Shown here: positions 17,184 to 25,501 of the stretch, in pieces
Numbering within the stretch: position 1 is the first letter of the stretch
Layout of the letters: every line of letters begins with the position of its first letter
Virus record (IMG/VR): IMGVR_UViG_3300029813_000275
Span: 1-64,000 of that record
Length of the DNA stretch: 64,000 bases
Strand: one strand, 5' to 3'
Origin: a virus
Translations under genes and position numbers: made by a program
Notes under the pieces: generated by a model
The model's input: the letters and a program-made list of their open reading frames with translations, nothing else
Told to the model about the DNA's origin: nothing
Databases searched by the model: none

Positions 17184-18079
17184 AATTCCATTGCTTTCAA
17201 TACTATATCCATAATCGGTTGACTAACCTGATTAGTCTGTGCAAACCGCTCTAAATTTTTTTCAAACTTTTCTTCTTCATCAATTTCCCATTCATCATCC
17301 AAACGTGAAATGAATGCTTTCATACGTTCATCCTGTTGTTTTTCCTGATCAATATACTCCCGGATAATCACATCTTGCTTAATTGGTAAGTAAACCGGTT
17401 CTACATGATTATTTTCTGCGTACCATAGATATACACAAGGTTTATGATCGATTTGATTTGCTTTATGCCTGGTAAGTGAACCGGGATTAACCAATATCCG
17501 ATCTTTAAATCTTTCAATTATTCGTAATACGAATGATTGATGATTGTGCCCTGTTACAATAAGATCATATTCGGGATATTTTTTAAGTAATTTTGCTGCT
17601 AACGGATCAGTACATCCCGGCCAGGGAAGTTTGCTTTTGTAGGTCATGATATGCCAAACAAGTATTTTTGTATTTGTAATTGGAAAAAATAAACTGGCTT
17701 TGGAAGGTTCAGCCAACCAATGACATCCAGGCAGTATTTCTAATAATCCAGCAGATTTTAAGGTATTAACACCACATTTATAAGCCAAATCCACACTATG
17801 TTGAGGCAAGTCATGATTACCGTATATAGTCCGGAAATTGTTAGGCAAATGCCGAATAGTTTCGGTTAATAGATAAGGGGATGGTTTCCAATGTTCAAAT
17901 AAATCCCCGCTATGAATAACCGGACAATTATATTTTATTTGTAATTGCCGTATAAAATCAACTTTATTCCATTGTGCCTGCCAAAAATCATCTGTTCGAC
18001 AAATCGGTTGGCTTTCCCGCAAATGAAAATCAGCACACAATATTAAGTCAGGATTTTTGCTTTGTTTAGTTCGTTTCAT
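17180..18079 (-). CDS. Mre11/SbcD-like nuclease (calcineurin-like metallophosphoesterase)
   Basis: Motifs LCADFHL (DxH), HSGDLFEH (GD), YGNHD (GNHD), TGHNH (GH.H), in canonical order. Confidence 0.8.
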   Translation of the reverse strand: MKRTKQSKNPDLILCADFHLRESQPICRTDDFWQAQWNKVDFIRQLQIKYNCPVIHSGDLFEHWKPSPYLLTETIRHLPNNFRTIYGNHDLPQHSVDLAYKCGVNTLKSAGLLEILPGCHWLAEPSKASLFFPITNTKILVWHIMTYKSKLPWPGCTDPLAAKLLKKYPEYDLIVTGHNHQSFVLRIIERFKDRILVNPGSLTRHKANQIDHKPCVYLWYAENNHVEPVYLPIKQDVIIREYIDQEKQQDERMKAFISRLDDEWEIDEEEKFEKNLERFAQTNQVSQPIMDIVLKAMEL

Positions 18080-18080
18080 T

Positions 18081-18263
18081 TCATTTCTTTATAGTTCTTT
18101 CTATTTTTATCCATTCGTTAGGATTTGAAATATTTATAGTTCGTATAAGAACTGCATAATATACATTTACTTCATGAACTATATACGCTTTAGAACCACC
18201 AATATTTCTAACAATATCACCTACTTCTAATTCTTCTATTGATTTGATTTTCGTTTCTTTCAT
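18081..18263 (-). CDS. hypothetical protein
   Basis: 60-aa ORF between Rad50 N-half and Mre11. Confidence 0.45.
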   Translation of the reverse strand: MKETKIKSIEELEVGDIVRNIGGSKAYIVHEVNVYYAVLIRTINISNPNEWIKIERTIKK

Positions 18264-18264
18264 T

Positions 18265-19323
18265 TCATTTTATTAAAATTTTATTTACTTTCTGATTGCA
18301 CAATGGACAAATATCTGGGAAAATTTCATTGAATTCCTGTTCTAATCTCTTTGCTGTACTTTCAGCATCTTCCCGTTGTCCTTTAGTATCATTTATAATA
18401 ATAATTAATTCCTTTAATTCATTCAACTTTTCTTTCTTATCTTTTCTACTTTCAAATAAACTTAATAATTGCAAAACAGATTTTTCTGCAGTAATAATAA
18501 TTGATTGTTCTTGCAAATCATCGGATATTTGTTCTGCTTCCTGAATAAGACGATTCAATAATCCTTGTTCATGTCGCTTAGTGTTTCGTCCTCTAATACA
18601 TTCCAAAACATTATTAAGAGTTTTTTCAGCTTTAATTATTTTGGATTTTTCTTTGATTTGTTCTGTTATATCCTGCAAAGAATTAATTGCCTTAATTAGT
18701 TTGTTTTGAGAATTGATTTTGATGATTAATTGATTTTGTATATTTTCCAAAACTTCCACATCTTCTTCAAACATATCTAAATGGGTAAAACTTTTCAATT
18801 TTTCTTCTGATTGCTCCACTTGTTTTTTACCGCTTGTGATATTCTGCTCAATTTCCTTGATCCATTGCTGTACTTTTCGCAATCCATTATCAATTTGATC
18901 TAAATGAGCTACATGATTAAAATGTTGGGCAACTTCCCCAGGACTGGAATCTAATAGAAAAGGACGATCTAATTGCTGTTGTAAATTGATTTCATTTAGA
19001 TTCAAGGCTTGCCGAATTTCATCAGGGACTTCTGTTCCAAAGGCTTTAAATAATTGTTTTCCAAGAACGTATTCATTACCTGCTTGATCTTTTAGACGAA
19101 TAATTTTTTGATTATCTGTTATGATTTCAATTGAAGTACAACCACCCCAAAGAGATCGAAAATCATCTCCTTGAGGACGATTCCAAATTAACCAACGCAA
19201 TGCCCGAATAATAGCAGATTTACCGGAATCCGAAAGTCCTATAATTACATTAACACCATTTACAAATTCTAATTTGGAATGCTTGTGGGATTGAAAATTT
19301 CGTATTTCAAGGGATTGAATCAT
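18265..19323 (-). CDS. Rad50/SbcC-like ATPase, N-terminal half (Walker A, ascending coiled coil, CxxC zinc hook)
   Basis: Start taken at MIQSLEIRNFQSH...VNVIIGLSDSGKSAIIRAL (SMC/RecF-type N-terminus with Walker A). Long coiled coil follows. Ends ...FPDICPLCNQKVNKILIK (CPLC hook motif 12 residues before the stop). Confidence 0.75.
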   Translation of the reverse strand: MIQSLEIRNFQSHKHSKLEFVNGVNVIIGLSDSGKSAIIRALRWLIWNRPQGDDFRSLWGGCTSIEIITDNQKIIRLKDQAGNEYVLGKQLFKAFGTEVPDEIRQALNLNEINLQQQLDRPFLLDSSPGEVAQHFNHVAHLDQIDNGLRKVQQWIKEIEQNITSGKKQVEQSEEKLKSFTHLDMFEEDVEVLENIQNQLIIKINSQNKLIKAINSLQDITEQIKEKSKIIKAEKTLNNVLECIRGRNTKRHEQGLLNRLIQEAEQISDDLQEQSIIITAEKSVLQLLSLFESRKDKKEKLNELKELIIIINDTKGQREDAESTAKRLEQEFNEIFPDICPLCNQKVNKILIK

Positions 19324-19324
19324 A

Positions 19325-19552
19325 TTAGTACATTGATATATGTAAATTATATTCATCACTTGATGTGATATTTCTACCATAAGCATCTTTATACAATTTT
19401 CTAATAGTGTTACTTACAGTTTCCCTCCATTCATTGGAAGTTGATCTATAACCAAATTCCTGCCCTCCAATATCATTACTGGCAGTTTTAATTAATATCT
19501 CCAAAGCCCTTTTTTTAGTAAGTTTTGATTTATTCATTATAATTTTGTTCAA
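19325..19552 (-). CDS. hypothetical protein
   Basis: 75-aa ORF in minus-strand array. Confidence 0.5.
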   Translation of the reverse strand: MNKIIMNKSKLTKKRALEILIKTASNDIGGQEFGYRSTSNEWRETVSNTIRKLYKDAYGRNITSSDEYNLHISMY

Positions 19553-19928
19553 GTATTTTAAAAAACTTCATTGCATCCATTATAATTACCGGAGGTTTTT
19601 GGCTTCGTTTACAAACTAACAACCAATCAGTTTCTTTTGTTTGATTCTTTTTTGCTTGTTCAATCCAACCTGGTATATTCCAAGTCTCCTGAAATTTACA
19701 TTCTACCGAGAATGGAAATAATTTACGGACTTGACTTTCCATTCGTATATCTGTTCCACTTTGTCCCATTGGTCGTGATTCAATAGGTTTATCTTCCCCA
19801 GAACTACCCCATTCATATCCGGTTAATTCGGATACTTTTTTACATACCCATTGCTGTAAATGCCGTCCTTTAGCTTTTGCTGATTGAGGAGTGATTCTTT
19901 TTTTCTTTGTTGGTTTAGTCCGTTTCAT
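19530..19928 (-). CDS. putative PD-(D/E)XK nuclease / Holliday-junction resolvase-like
   Basis: 132 aa; basic N-terminus; ...GTDIRME....FSVECK... fits the D...(D/E)xK arrangement; located in the recombination module. Confidence 0.4.
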   Translation of the reverse strand: MKRTKPTKKKRITPQSAKAKGRHLQQWVCKKVSELTGYEWGSSGEDKPIESRPMGQSGTDIRMESQVRKLFPFSVECKFQETWNIPGWIEQAKKNQTKETDWLLVCKRSQKPPVIIMDAMKFFKILEQNYNE

Positions 19929-20062
19929 TTTTGTTTTATCATCTTCTGATATTTTTCAAAAGTAATTCTTCCTTTAGCATATAATGATACTGCTTGATCC
20001 ACAGCACGTTTGTTACGTCCGTGTTTTTTTGCCCCTCCTGATTTTTTACCTTCTTTTTTCAT
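19925..20062 (-). CDS. small basic protein, 45 aa (below ORF-track cutoff)
   Basis: MKKEGKKSGGAKKHGRNKRAVDQAVSLYAKGRITFEKYQKMIKQK; ATGA overlap with downstream gene; fills the gap exactly. Confidence 0.4.
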   Translation of the reverse strand: MKKEGKKSGGAKKHGRNKRAVDQAVSLYAKGRITFEKYQKMIKQK

Positions 20063-20064
20063 AG

Positions 20065-20370
20065 CTATAATTCCCTAAGTTGTCTTTCTAATGAATCTAA
20101 TTGATTCTTAAGCACTTCATTTGTGCTTTCAATATAACCCCTTGTTAACATCTCTAACTTAGATAAGAATATATCATCATATATTCCACTTGGATTCATA
20201 ATAACGCCATTACTATTAAATCCAATAGATAAATTTACATTTCTACAACCATCTCTTCTTGTACTAATACACACCACATCAATCGGGTCATCAATCATTT
20301 CAATCTTACTTTTAACATCCTTAATTCTTGATGTTAATTTGTTACCTTTTTCTAATTGTTCTTTTGTCAT
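20065..20370 (-). CDS. hypothetical protein
   Basis: 101-aa ORF in minus-strand array. Confidence 0.55.
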   Translation of the reverse strand: MTKEQLEKGNKLTSRIKDVKSKIEMIDDPIDVVCISTRRDGCRNVNLSIGFNSNGVIMNPSGIYDDIFLSKLEMLTRGYIESTNEVLKNQLDSLERQLREL

Positions 20371-20372
20371 GA

Positions 20373-21407
20373 TTACCTTATTTTAGATTTACGTTCAGAT
20401 TCAAATTTTCGTTCAATTCGTTCCCAAAGATCAATAACTTCTTCTTGCAAAACATTCTCTAATTCCCCATCTTCTACCATTTGTATTGCCCCTTCCATAG
20501 ATTTATTTGAAATTCCTCCGCATACATAAACTTCTGTTTTTGTATAATCTTTAATAAATTGTAAGTTTTGCCTAATATCATCTATTCCATAATCAAATAA
20601 GATAGTCAATGGAGCCGTACGATAAGGCTTCCAAACAGAATTTCCAAACACTTCCACTTCAACATTAACACCATTTATACGTTCAACTTCTTTACCTGCA
20701 AATGTTTTTTTTGCTTTAATTTTTTTTATGATAGATGTTTTCAATCGCAAACTGGAATAAAACCCAATGGCTTCTCCACCAGGACTTTTATATTTCGGAC
20801 CGAATTGCTCAAAACTTTGACGGATTTGATTACTACACACCATCAGATAATTTTCTTTAGCAAGTATTCGACAAGTCTTTCGTAATTCTTCACTAAATTC
20901 TTTTGCTCGGCGCGCTCCGTATTGATCTTTGTCTTCCATTTCCATATCAGTAGACAATGCCGCAAGTGAATCAGCAAAGATGCCGTGTATTCCTATTCCT
21001 TCAGGTGCCCATTTTCGTACTGCTTTAAATACTTCAGGAACAGTATCCGGATTACCATAATTCATTTCATTAGTATTCAAATCAAATATTTGTGCAAATT
21101 GTTTGTTTAAACGTGCTTCCGGATCATGAAACATCACTTGTCCGTATTGTCGCTGGATTGCACCGGCTATTTCACACAGTAAAACAGTTTTGCCTGACAT
21201 AGTTGGCCCGAATATTTCAACTAATATACCAGCAGGTATTCCACCACCCCGAACACGGCCGCCGGATATAGCAAGATTTAATAAGGTCGATCCCGTACTG
21301 ATCATAGTAGTTGTATCACCATCATATTCCGGTTTCTTTTTAACATCCCGGGATACTTTACGTTTTACTTGTTCACTAAGGGAGAATGCATGTTTCGTTC
21401 TTTTCAT
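20373..21407 (-). CDS. RecA/UvsX-family recombinase
   Basis: ISTGSTLLNLAISGG...GGIPAGILVEIFGPTMSGKTVLL parallels RecA IPTGS..LD.ALGGG.P.GRIVEI.GPESSGKTTL; 344 aa. Confidence 0.75.
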   Translation of the reverse strand: MKRTKHAFSLSEQVKRKVSRDVKKKPEYDGDTTTMISTGSTLLNLAISGGRVRGGGIPAGILVEIFGPTMSGKTVLLCEIAGAIQRQYGQVMFHDPEARLNKQFAQIFDLNTNEMNYGNPDTVPEVFKAVRKWAPEGIGIHGIFADSLAALSTDMEMEDKDQYGARRAKEFSEELRKTCRILAKENYLMVCSNQIRQSFEQFGPKYKSPGGEAIGFYSSLRLKTSIIKKIKAKKTFAGKEVERINGVNVEVEVFGNSVWKPYRTAPLTILFDYGIDDIRQNLQFIKDYTKTEVYVCGGISNKSMEGAIQMVEDGELENVLQEEVIDLWERIERKFESERKSKIR

Positions 21408-21790
21408 TTCACATGGGATTCAAACGCTGCAAGAATTGTATGAACATAATTATTACTAATCCCTTTATTTTCCAATTCAATTTCCAAGTTCTTTTGAAAA
21501 AGTTCTAAATTCAAATTAGATCCTACAGGACATGAAGGTTTGTTTATTAATCGCCATTGATAAACAGCGTTATCCACAATTACTTCAATAAGCTTTTTTA
21601 CCGGATTTGTAATTTCTTTATTTCTGTACCATTCATCCATTTGATCCTTTACTATTATTGATTTTGTTATCTCTTTGGATAAGGCATAAAGAGATAAATA
21701 AGAACTAACTTGCGGGGTTAAATACGCCCCGACAAGTTTTCCCGGAATAGATACTTTCTTATTTCGTATTTTAAATATTTTTTTCATCAT
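21404..21790 (-). CDS. hypothetical protein
   Basis: 128-aa ORF coupled to both neighbours. Confidence 0.55.
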   Translation of the reverse strand: MMKKIFKIRNKKVSIPGKLVGAYLTPQVSSYLSLYALSKEITKSIIVKDQMDEWYRNKEITNPVKKLIEVIVDNAVYQWRLINKPSCPVGSNLNLELFQKNLEIELENKGISNNYVHTILAAFESHVK

Positions 21791-22806
21791 TCTTGTACTT
21801 CAAGACAATCATCCCATTTATCACATTCATCACAATCATTCGGATGATCCCCGCAATCCTTACCAAACACATGACCATGTGGACATTCATTTTCATTATG
21901 CGGTTCTATTTTTTCTTCATGTTTCTGCCGGGTGAGTTTAGGTGATTTTGGTAAATCCTCTTCTTTTTCTTTTTCTTCATGAAGATTGGTTTTTGGCTTT
22001 CTATATGATGATGTTTTTGGTTTTTCTTCTTTTTCAATTTCCACCACTTTGTCATCCGATTCATCATCTTCTGAATCTTCCATTTCCAGGAATTTGGCTT
22101 CAAGTTCCTTGTAAGAAAGAACATTCAATAATTCATCCAGATTAGGAACTTCATCCAAAATATCTTCAGTGTATTTTTCTTTTCGATCTAAAAATTCTAT
22201 ATCACGTGTTTTTGGAAATAAACTTTTACCAAATTTCTCCCATCTGAATTTGACTTTCAATGTCAATCCTTCTTCCAAATCTGGAAATATACCATTATCT
22301 GTATCTTCTTCAAGTTGATCGTTTAATTCATTTTGGAATAAGAACCAAGACATATCCCACACATAAATACTTTCATCATGATCTTTTGAACCATACGGAA
22401 TAACCGCATACAAATCTCGATCTTTTGCTGCTACATCTTTAAGATCATCCCAATCCGTTCCTTTTCTTCTTTGGTCAGCTACCCATGCACAAACAGGACA
22501 TTTCTTACCAATAGAAGTAGGACAAACAAATGTATCATTGTTGACCCCAATATTGCGGTGAACTTTGAATGGTCGTTTGTACCAATGTGAATCTACAACC
22601 GCACATTCTGTATCAATATCACGATCAGGGTGATTGGAATCAGTAACTACATATGGAATAATGTCCAGGAGAATTTCACGGGTTTTTTCCTTTAAAGTGA
22701 GTGCTTTTACCCCTTCCGGAAGATTAAGATAACCATAAGAAGCCACTTTTTGCCTTTTGGCATCATTGACTGTTTGATTTCTAAAATTACTTTTTCTTTT
22801 TTTCAT
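21787..22806 (-). CDS. gp32-like single-stranded DNA-binding protein with extra C-terminal Cys/His cluster
   Basis: MKKRKS N-terminus, H...C......CPVC zinc pattern (HRNIGVNNDTFVCPTSIGKKCPVCAW), acidic tract EDSEDDESDD. These parallel T4 gp32 architecture. The tail ends CPHGH..C..H...C..C....C. Confidence 0.55.
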   Translation of the reverse strand: MKKRKSNFRNQTVNDAKRQKVASYGYLNLPEGVKALTLKEKTREILLDIIPYVVTDSNHPDRDIDTECAVVDSHWYKRPFKVHRNIGVNNDTFVCPTSIGKKCPVCAWVADQRRKGTDWDDLKDVAAKDRDLYAVIPYGSKDHDESIYVWDMSWFLFQNELNDQLEEDTDNGIFPDLEEGLTLKVKFRWEKFGKSLFPKTRDIEFLDRKEKYTEDILDEVPNLDELLNVLSYKELEAKFLEMEDSEDDESDDKVVEIEKEEKPKTSSYRKPKTNLHEEKEKEEDLPKSPKLTRQKHEEKIEPHNENECPHGHVFGKDCGDHPNDCDECDKWDDCLEVQE

Positions 22807-22945
22807 TTTTTTCAGTTTTTGATTTTTCGTTTAAAAATTTTTCAATAATATTTAACCATGCTTTCATTTGTATTTTACTTAACAAATAAAAAGCTAAAGA
22901 GGCTAAAATTCCATAAGCAATATATGTAATAATAGTAATTATCAT
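22787..22945 (-). CDS. small membrane protein, 52 aa (below ORF-track cutoff)
   Basis: MIITIITYIAYGILASLAFYLLSKIQ... one TM helix, Lys-rich tail; fills the 22807-22948 gap. Confidence 0.35.
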   Translation of the reverse strand: MIITIITYIAYGILASLAFYLLSKIQMKAWLNIIEKFLNEKSKTEKNEKKKK

Positions 22946-22948
22946 TTT

Positions 22949-23185
22949 TTATTTTTTTGTTGTTGGTAATACAAAGCAAAGTTCTTGCACTTTTTGAAAA
23001 GGATTTAAATTTTTTCTTTCTTTCATGATGAATTCTTTATCATTTTTTTGATTTTTTCTTTTCACAATAAGTTCTTCACCATGTTTTAGATAATTTATTT
23101 TATTATATAAGTTAGCAAGTATTCTTTGATCGTTTGCGGTTTCTGCTCGAAATGCACAATAATCTTGTTTTACATCTAATTTCAT
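22949..23185 (-). CDS. hypothetical protein
   Basis: 78-aa ORF in minus-strand array. Confidence 0.5.
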   Translation of the reverse strand: MKLDVKQDYCAFRAETANDQRILANLYNKINYLKHGEELIVKRKNQKNDKEFIMKERKNLNPFQKVQELCFVLPTTKK

Positions 23186-23670
23186 TTTTGCCTCCTCATC
23201 ATTTTTTTACCTACATTTGTATCAACCCGTTTTTGTTTCTGTTTTTGTTCCCACTCATAGGATAAGTCACGGGGAACTTTTGGTCCGGCAAAATATTGTT
23301 GTCCATATAATTTTACAAGATTTTCCAATGCTGTTTTTCTTTGTTCAATAGCAGCAACAGCGCCTTTTGCTATTTCTGCCTCAAACCGGGCTTCAATATA
23401 CTTTGCATTCGCCATTATATATTTTTGTTGCGTGATAATTGTATTAAAAATGGCAGATTCTGTTATTTTAGTAATATCAAACTTTTCAGGATCAAGGCGA
23501 ATTTCTTTATCTAATCCAGCTTTTACCAAATCCAATCTTTCTTTTTCGTTATCTGCTTCCATTCTTGTTTCAGCAGCATGTCTGGTGTATTTCATCATTA
23601 ACCGAGCCTGTGATAACCATTCTATATCCAAAGCATCCGGATCAATTTGTGTGTCTTTTTCGTAATTCAT
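23182..23670 (-). CDS. hypothetical protein, possibly UvsY-like recombination mediator
   Basis: 162 aa, helical; loose resemblance in length and pattern to T4 UvsY, and proximity to SSB and RecA-like genes; weak. Confidence 0.3.
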   Translation of the reverse strand: MNYEKDTQIDPDALDIEWLSQARLMMKYTRHAAETRMEADNEKERLDLVKAGLDKEIRLDPEKFDITKITESAIFNTIITQQKYIMANAKYIEARFEAEIAKGAVAAIEQRKTALENLVKLYGQQYFAGPKVPRDLSYEWEQKQKQKRVDTNVGKKMMRRQK

Positions 23671-23921
23671 GATTTTGTTTTATAATTTTGTTCTATAATT
23701 TCCATTATTTGATTCTTCAATATATGAGCAACTTCGTATTGCTCATTATCAATAGCTTGTTGATATTGAGTTAATAAGTCCGGTTTTGGTTCATGTTCCT
23801 TAGCGAATTTGCGGACAGCTTTATGTAATATTAATGCAGCTTCAACTGGACTTTTATCTGTAAATGTCATTTCAGTAAAACTAAAAGCGAACTCAAATAA
23901 TATGGTTTCTAAATCTTTCAT
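23667..23921 (-). CDS. hypothetical protein
   Basis: 84-aa ORF, overlapping starts/stops. Confidence 0.5.
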   Translation of the reverse strand: MKDLETILFEFAFSFTEMTFTDKSPVEAALILHKAVRKFAKEHEPKPDLLTQYQQAIDNEQYEVAHILKNQIMEIIEQNYKTKS

Positions 23922-24130
23922 TTTATTTTAAAATAAATTGTATCTTTTTTAATTGTTTTATCATAATTTTGAATACCATTCAGAGCATCTATTTGCCCCT
24001 GTCTGTATCCTTTATCAAAATTTCTGCTTTTAGAGCCTTCTGGATTATATGTACTTAATATAATCCAAAAAGATATAAATGCAACTGTGAAAGTAATCCA
24101 CCATAAAATTTTCCAAACATTTGTTTTCAT
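23918..24130 (-). CDS. small membrane protein
   Basis: 70 aa with N-terminal TM helix (WKILWWITFTVAFISFWIILS). Confidence 0.5.
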   Translation of the reverse strand: MKTNVWKILWWITFTVAFISFWIILSTYNPEGSKSRNFDKGYRQGQIDALNGIQNYDKTIKKDTIYFKIK

Positions 24131-24136
24131 AGTTAT

Positions 24137-24331
24137 TTAATTTTCTAATGATGATGGTATTTCAAACCTCAAGAAAAATATTTTTAATACATTAATTTCA
24201 GAATATGCATCATAAACAAATGAAAACAAATCTATGCTTTCATATTTAAACTTTTCATGTTCTATTTCTAAAATGTGAAATCCGAATAGTCCACATTTTC
24301 CTAAACTGATTGATAGTAAATTAATTTTCAT
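24137..24331 (-). CDS. hypothetical protein
   Basis: 64-aa ORF in minus-strand array. Confidence 0.4.
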   Translation of the reverse strand: MKINLLSISLGKCGLFGFHILEIEHEKFKYESIDLFSFVYDAYSEINVLKIFFLRFEIPSSLEN

Positions 24332-24335
24332 ATCA

Positions 24336-25247
24336 TTAATTTTTTACTACTGTGTAGCATGATAGGACAAGCCCCGGAAAGCCCGAATTCCAAAAATTAT
24401 CTACAAATTCCTCTAATACCAGTCCGGCACGTTCATTATCTGACTTTAACACGACAGCCTGAGCATATCCTAATACATGCCGACGAATGCCTTCCGGGTC
24501 TTCCTCTTTCAATCCATTGAGAATATTGCTTATTTTTTTCCATCCATCCCCTGAAATTAACGCCCTACATAATTCAATACTTTGTGATTGCTGTTCAGCA
24601 GACCTCTGGGCTACTTCCAAACGTTTTTCAGGATCAACCCTCAATACCTGGTCTAATATTTGAAGCGCGTTCCGGGGATAACCAAAACTATCCTGAATGA
24701 TTTGTTCATATACAATCTTTGGTAATGTCTCCTCTTCTGCTTTCACCACACTCCGCAGTAATCCGAACATTTGTCGTTCATTCAGAGATTTAACCTGAAA
24801 CTGGATGCAACGCCCTTTTATTGTCGATATCAGCTTTTGTGGTTCAGTAGTGCAAAGAACAAAATAAACATGTTCGGGGGTATCCTCTAATATTTTCAAC
24901 AATGCATTCTGGGCATCATTCGTATTTTTATGCACTTCATCCAATAACCATACCCGACAATCGCCTTCCAGAGGTTTAAAATGTGATTGCTTACGGATTT
25001 CACGAATAGTATCAATTCCCCGGAAATCTGCTGAATCCACTTCCCGGAAATCCTGTCCTTTGCATTCAAGCCGATTAGCTATAATACGTCCAATAGTGGT
25101 TTTACCACAACCGGTCGGGCCGTGTATAAGAAATGAATGAGGACATGTTTTTTTATTACTTAACATTTCATTCAAAGTATCAATCACTTCAAAATTACCA
25201 CGGATTTCATCCAAGGTTGTTGGTCGGTATTTAAGATATAGATTCAT
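24336..25247 (-). CDS. clamp loader AAA+ ATPase (DnaX/RFC-like)
   Basis: KYRPTTLDEIRGN...FLIHGPTGCGKTT (Walker A), WLLDEVH (Walker B), NALLKILEDTPEHVYFVLCTT, KGRC (SRC-like). Confidence 0.85.
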   Translation of the reverse strand: MNLYLKYRPTTLDEIRGNFEVIDTLNEMLSNKKTCPHSFLIHGPTGCGKTTIGRIIANRLECKGQDFREVDSADFRGIDTIREIRKQSHFKPLEGDCRVWLLDEVHKNTNDAQNALLKILEDTPEHVYFVLCTTEPQKLISTIKGRCIQFQVKSLNERQMFGLLRSVVKAEEETLPKIVYEQIIQDSFGYPRNALQILDQVLRVDPEKRLEVAQRSAEQQSQSIELCRALISGDGWKKISNILNGLKEEDPEGIRRHVLGYAQAVVLKSDNERAGLVLEEFVDNFWNSGFPGLVLSCYTVVKN

Positions 25248-25249
25248 TT

Positions 25250-25447
25250 TTAACTATTTTCATCTTCAATAAATTTATCAATATAATAAGCGTACAAAAC
25301 TGCATCCCCCTGGAAATTATTTCTATACCATATTCTGAATTCAATCAATGTTTCTCTTTGATACGCCTTCAGGATTGTTAGTGCATCCTTTTTTTCTCCT
25401 GCTTCAAGTAATTTTTCAATGTCATCTAATATGCTTTTTGCTTTCAT
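25250..25447 (-). CDS. hypothetical protein
   Basis: 65-aa ORF; preceded by TTTGTATAAT motif. Confidence 0.5.
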   Translation of the reverse strand: MKAKSILDDIEKLLEAGEKKDALTILKAYQRETLIEFRIWYRNNFQGDAVLYAYYIDKFIEDENS

Positions 25448-25485
25448 TATTTTATAAATGTTAAATTAATAATTCTTTTATATAT

Positions 25486-25495
25486 ATTATACAAA
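25486..25495 (-). promoter_or_regulatory. promoter-like motif TTTGTATAAT (copy 2)
   Basis: Minus strand AAAATTTTTTGTATAATATATA; 39 nt upstream of ATG at 25447, in the 54-nt gap after the polymerase gene. Confidence 0.5.
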
Positions 25496-25501
25496 AAATT
25501 T

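Noticed and set aside
16835-17185. 116-aa plus-strand ORF
   Set aside because: It is antisense to two minus-strand ORFs that fit the packed array. The translation is a hydrophobic F/L-rich artefact.
19324-19386. N-terminal extension MLMVEISHQVMNIIYIYQCTN of the Rad50 N-half ORF
   Set aside because: It would overlap the upstream gene by 62 nt. The conserved SMC-type N-terminus begins at MIQSLEIRNF, whose ATG directly follows the upstream stop.
21906-22145. Alternative-frame ORFs (72 aa minus, 67 aa plus) within the SSB gene
   Set aside because: They lie in the Lys/Glu-rich low-complexity linker, where all frames stay open. There is no independent signal.
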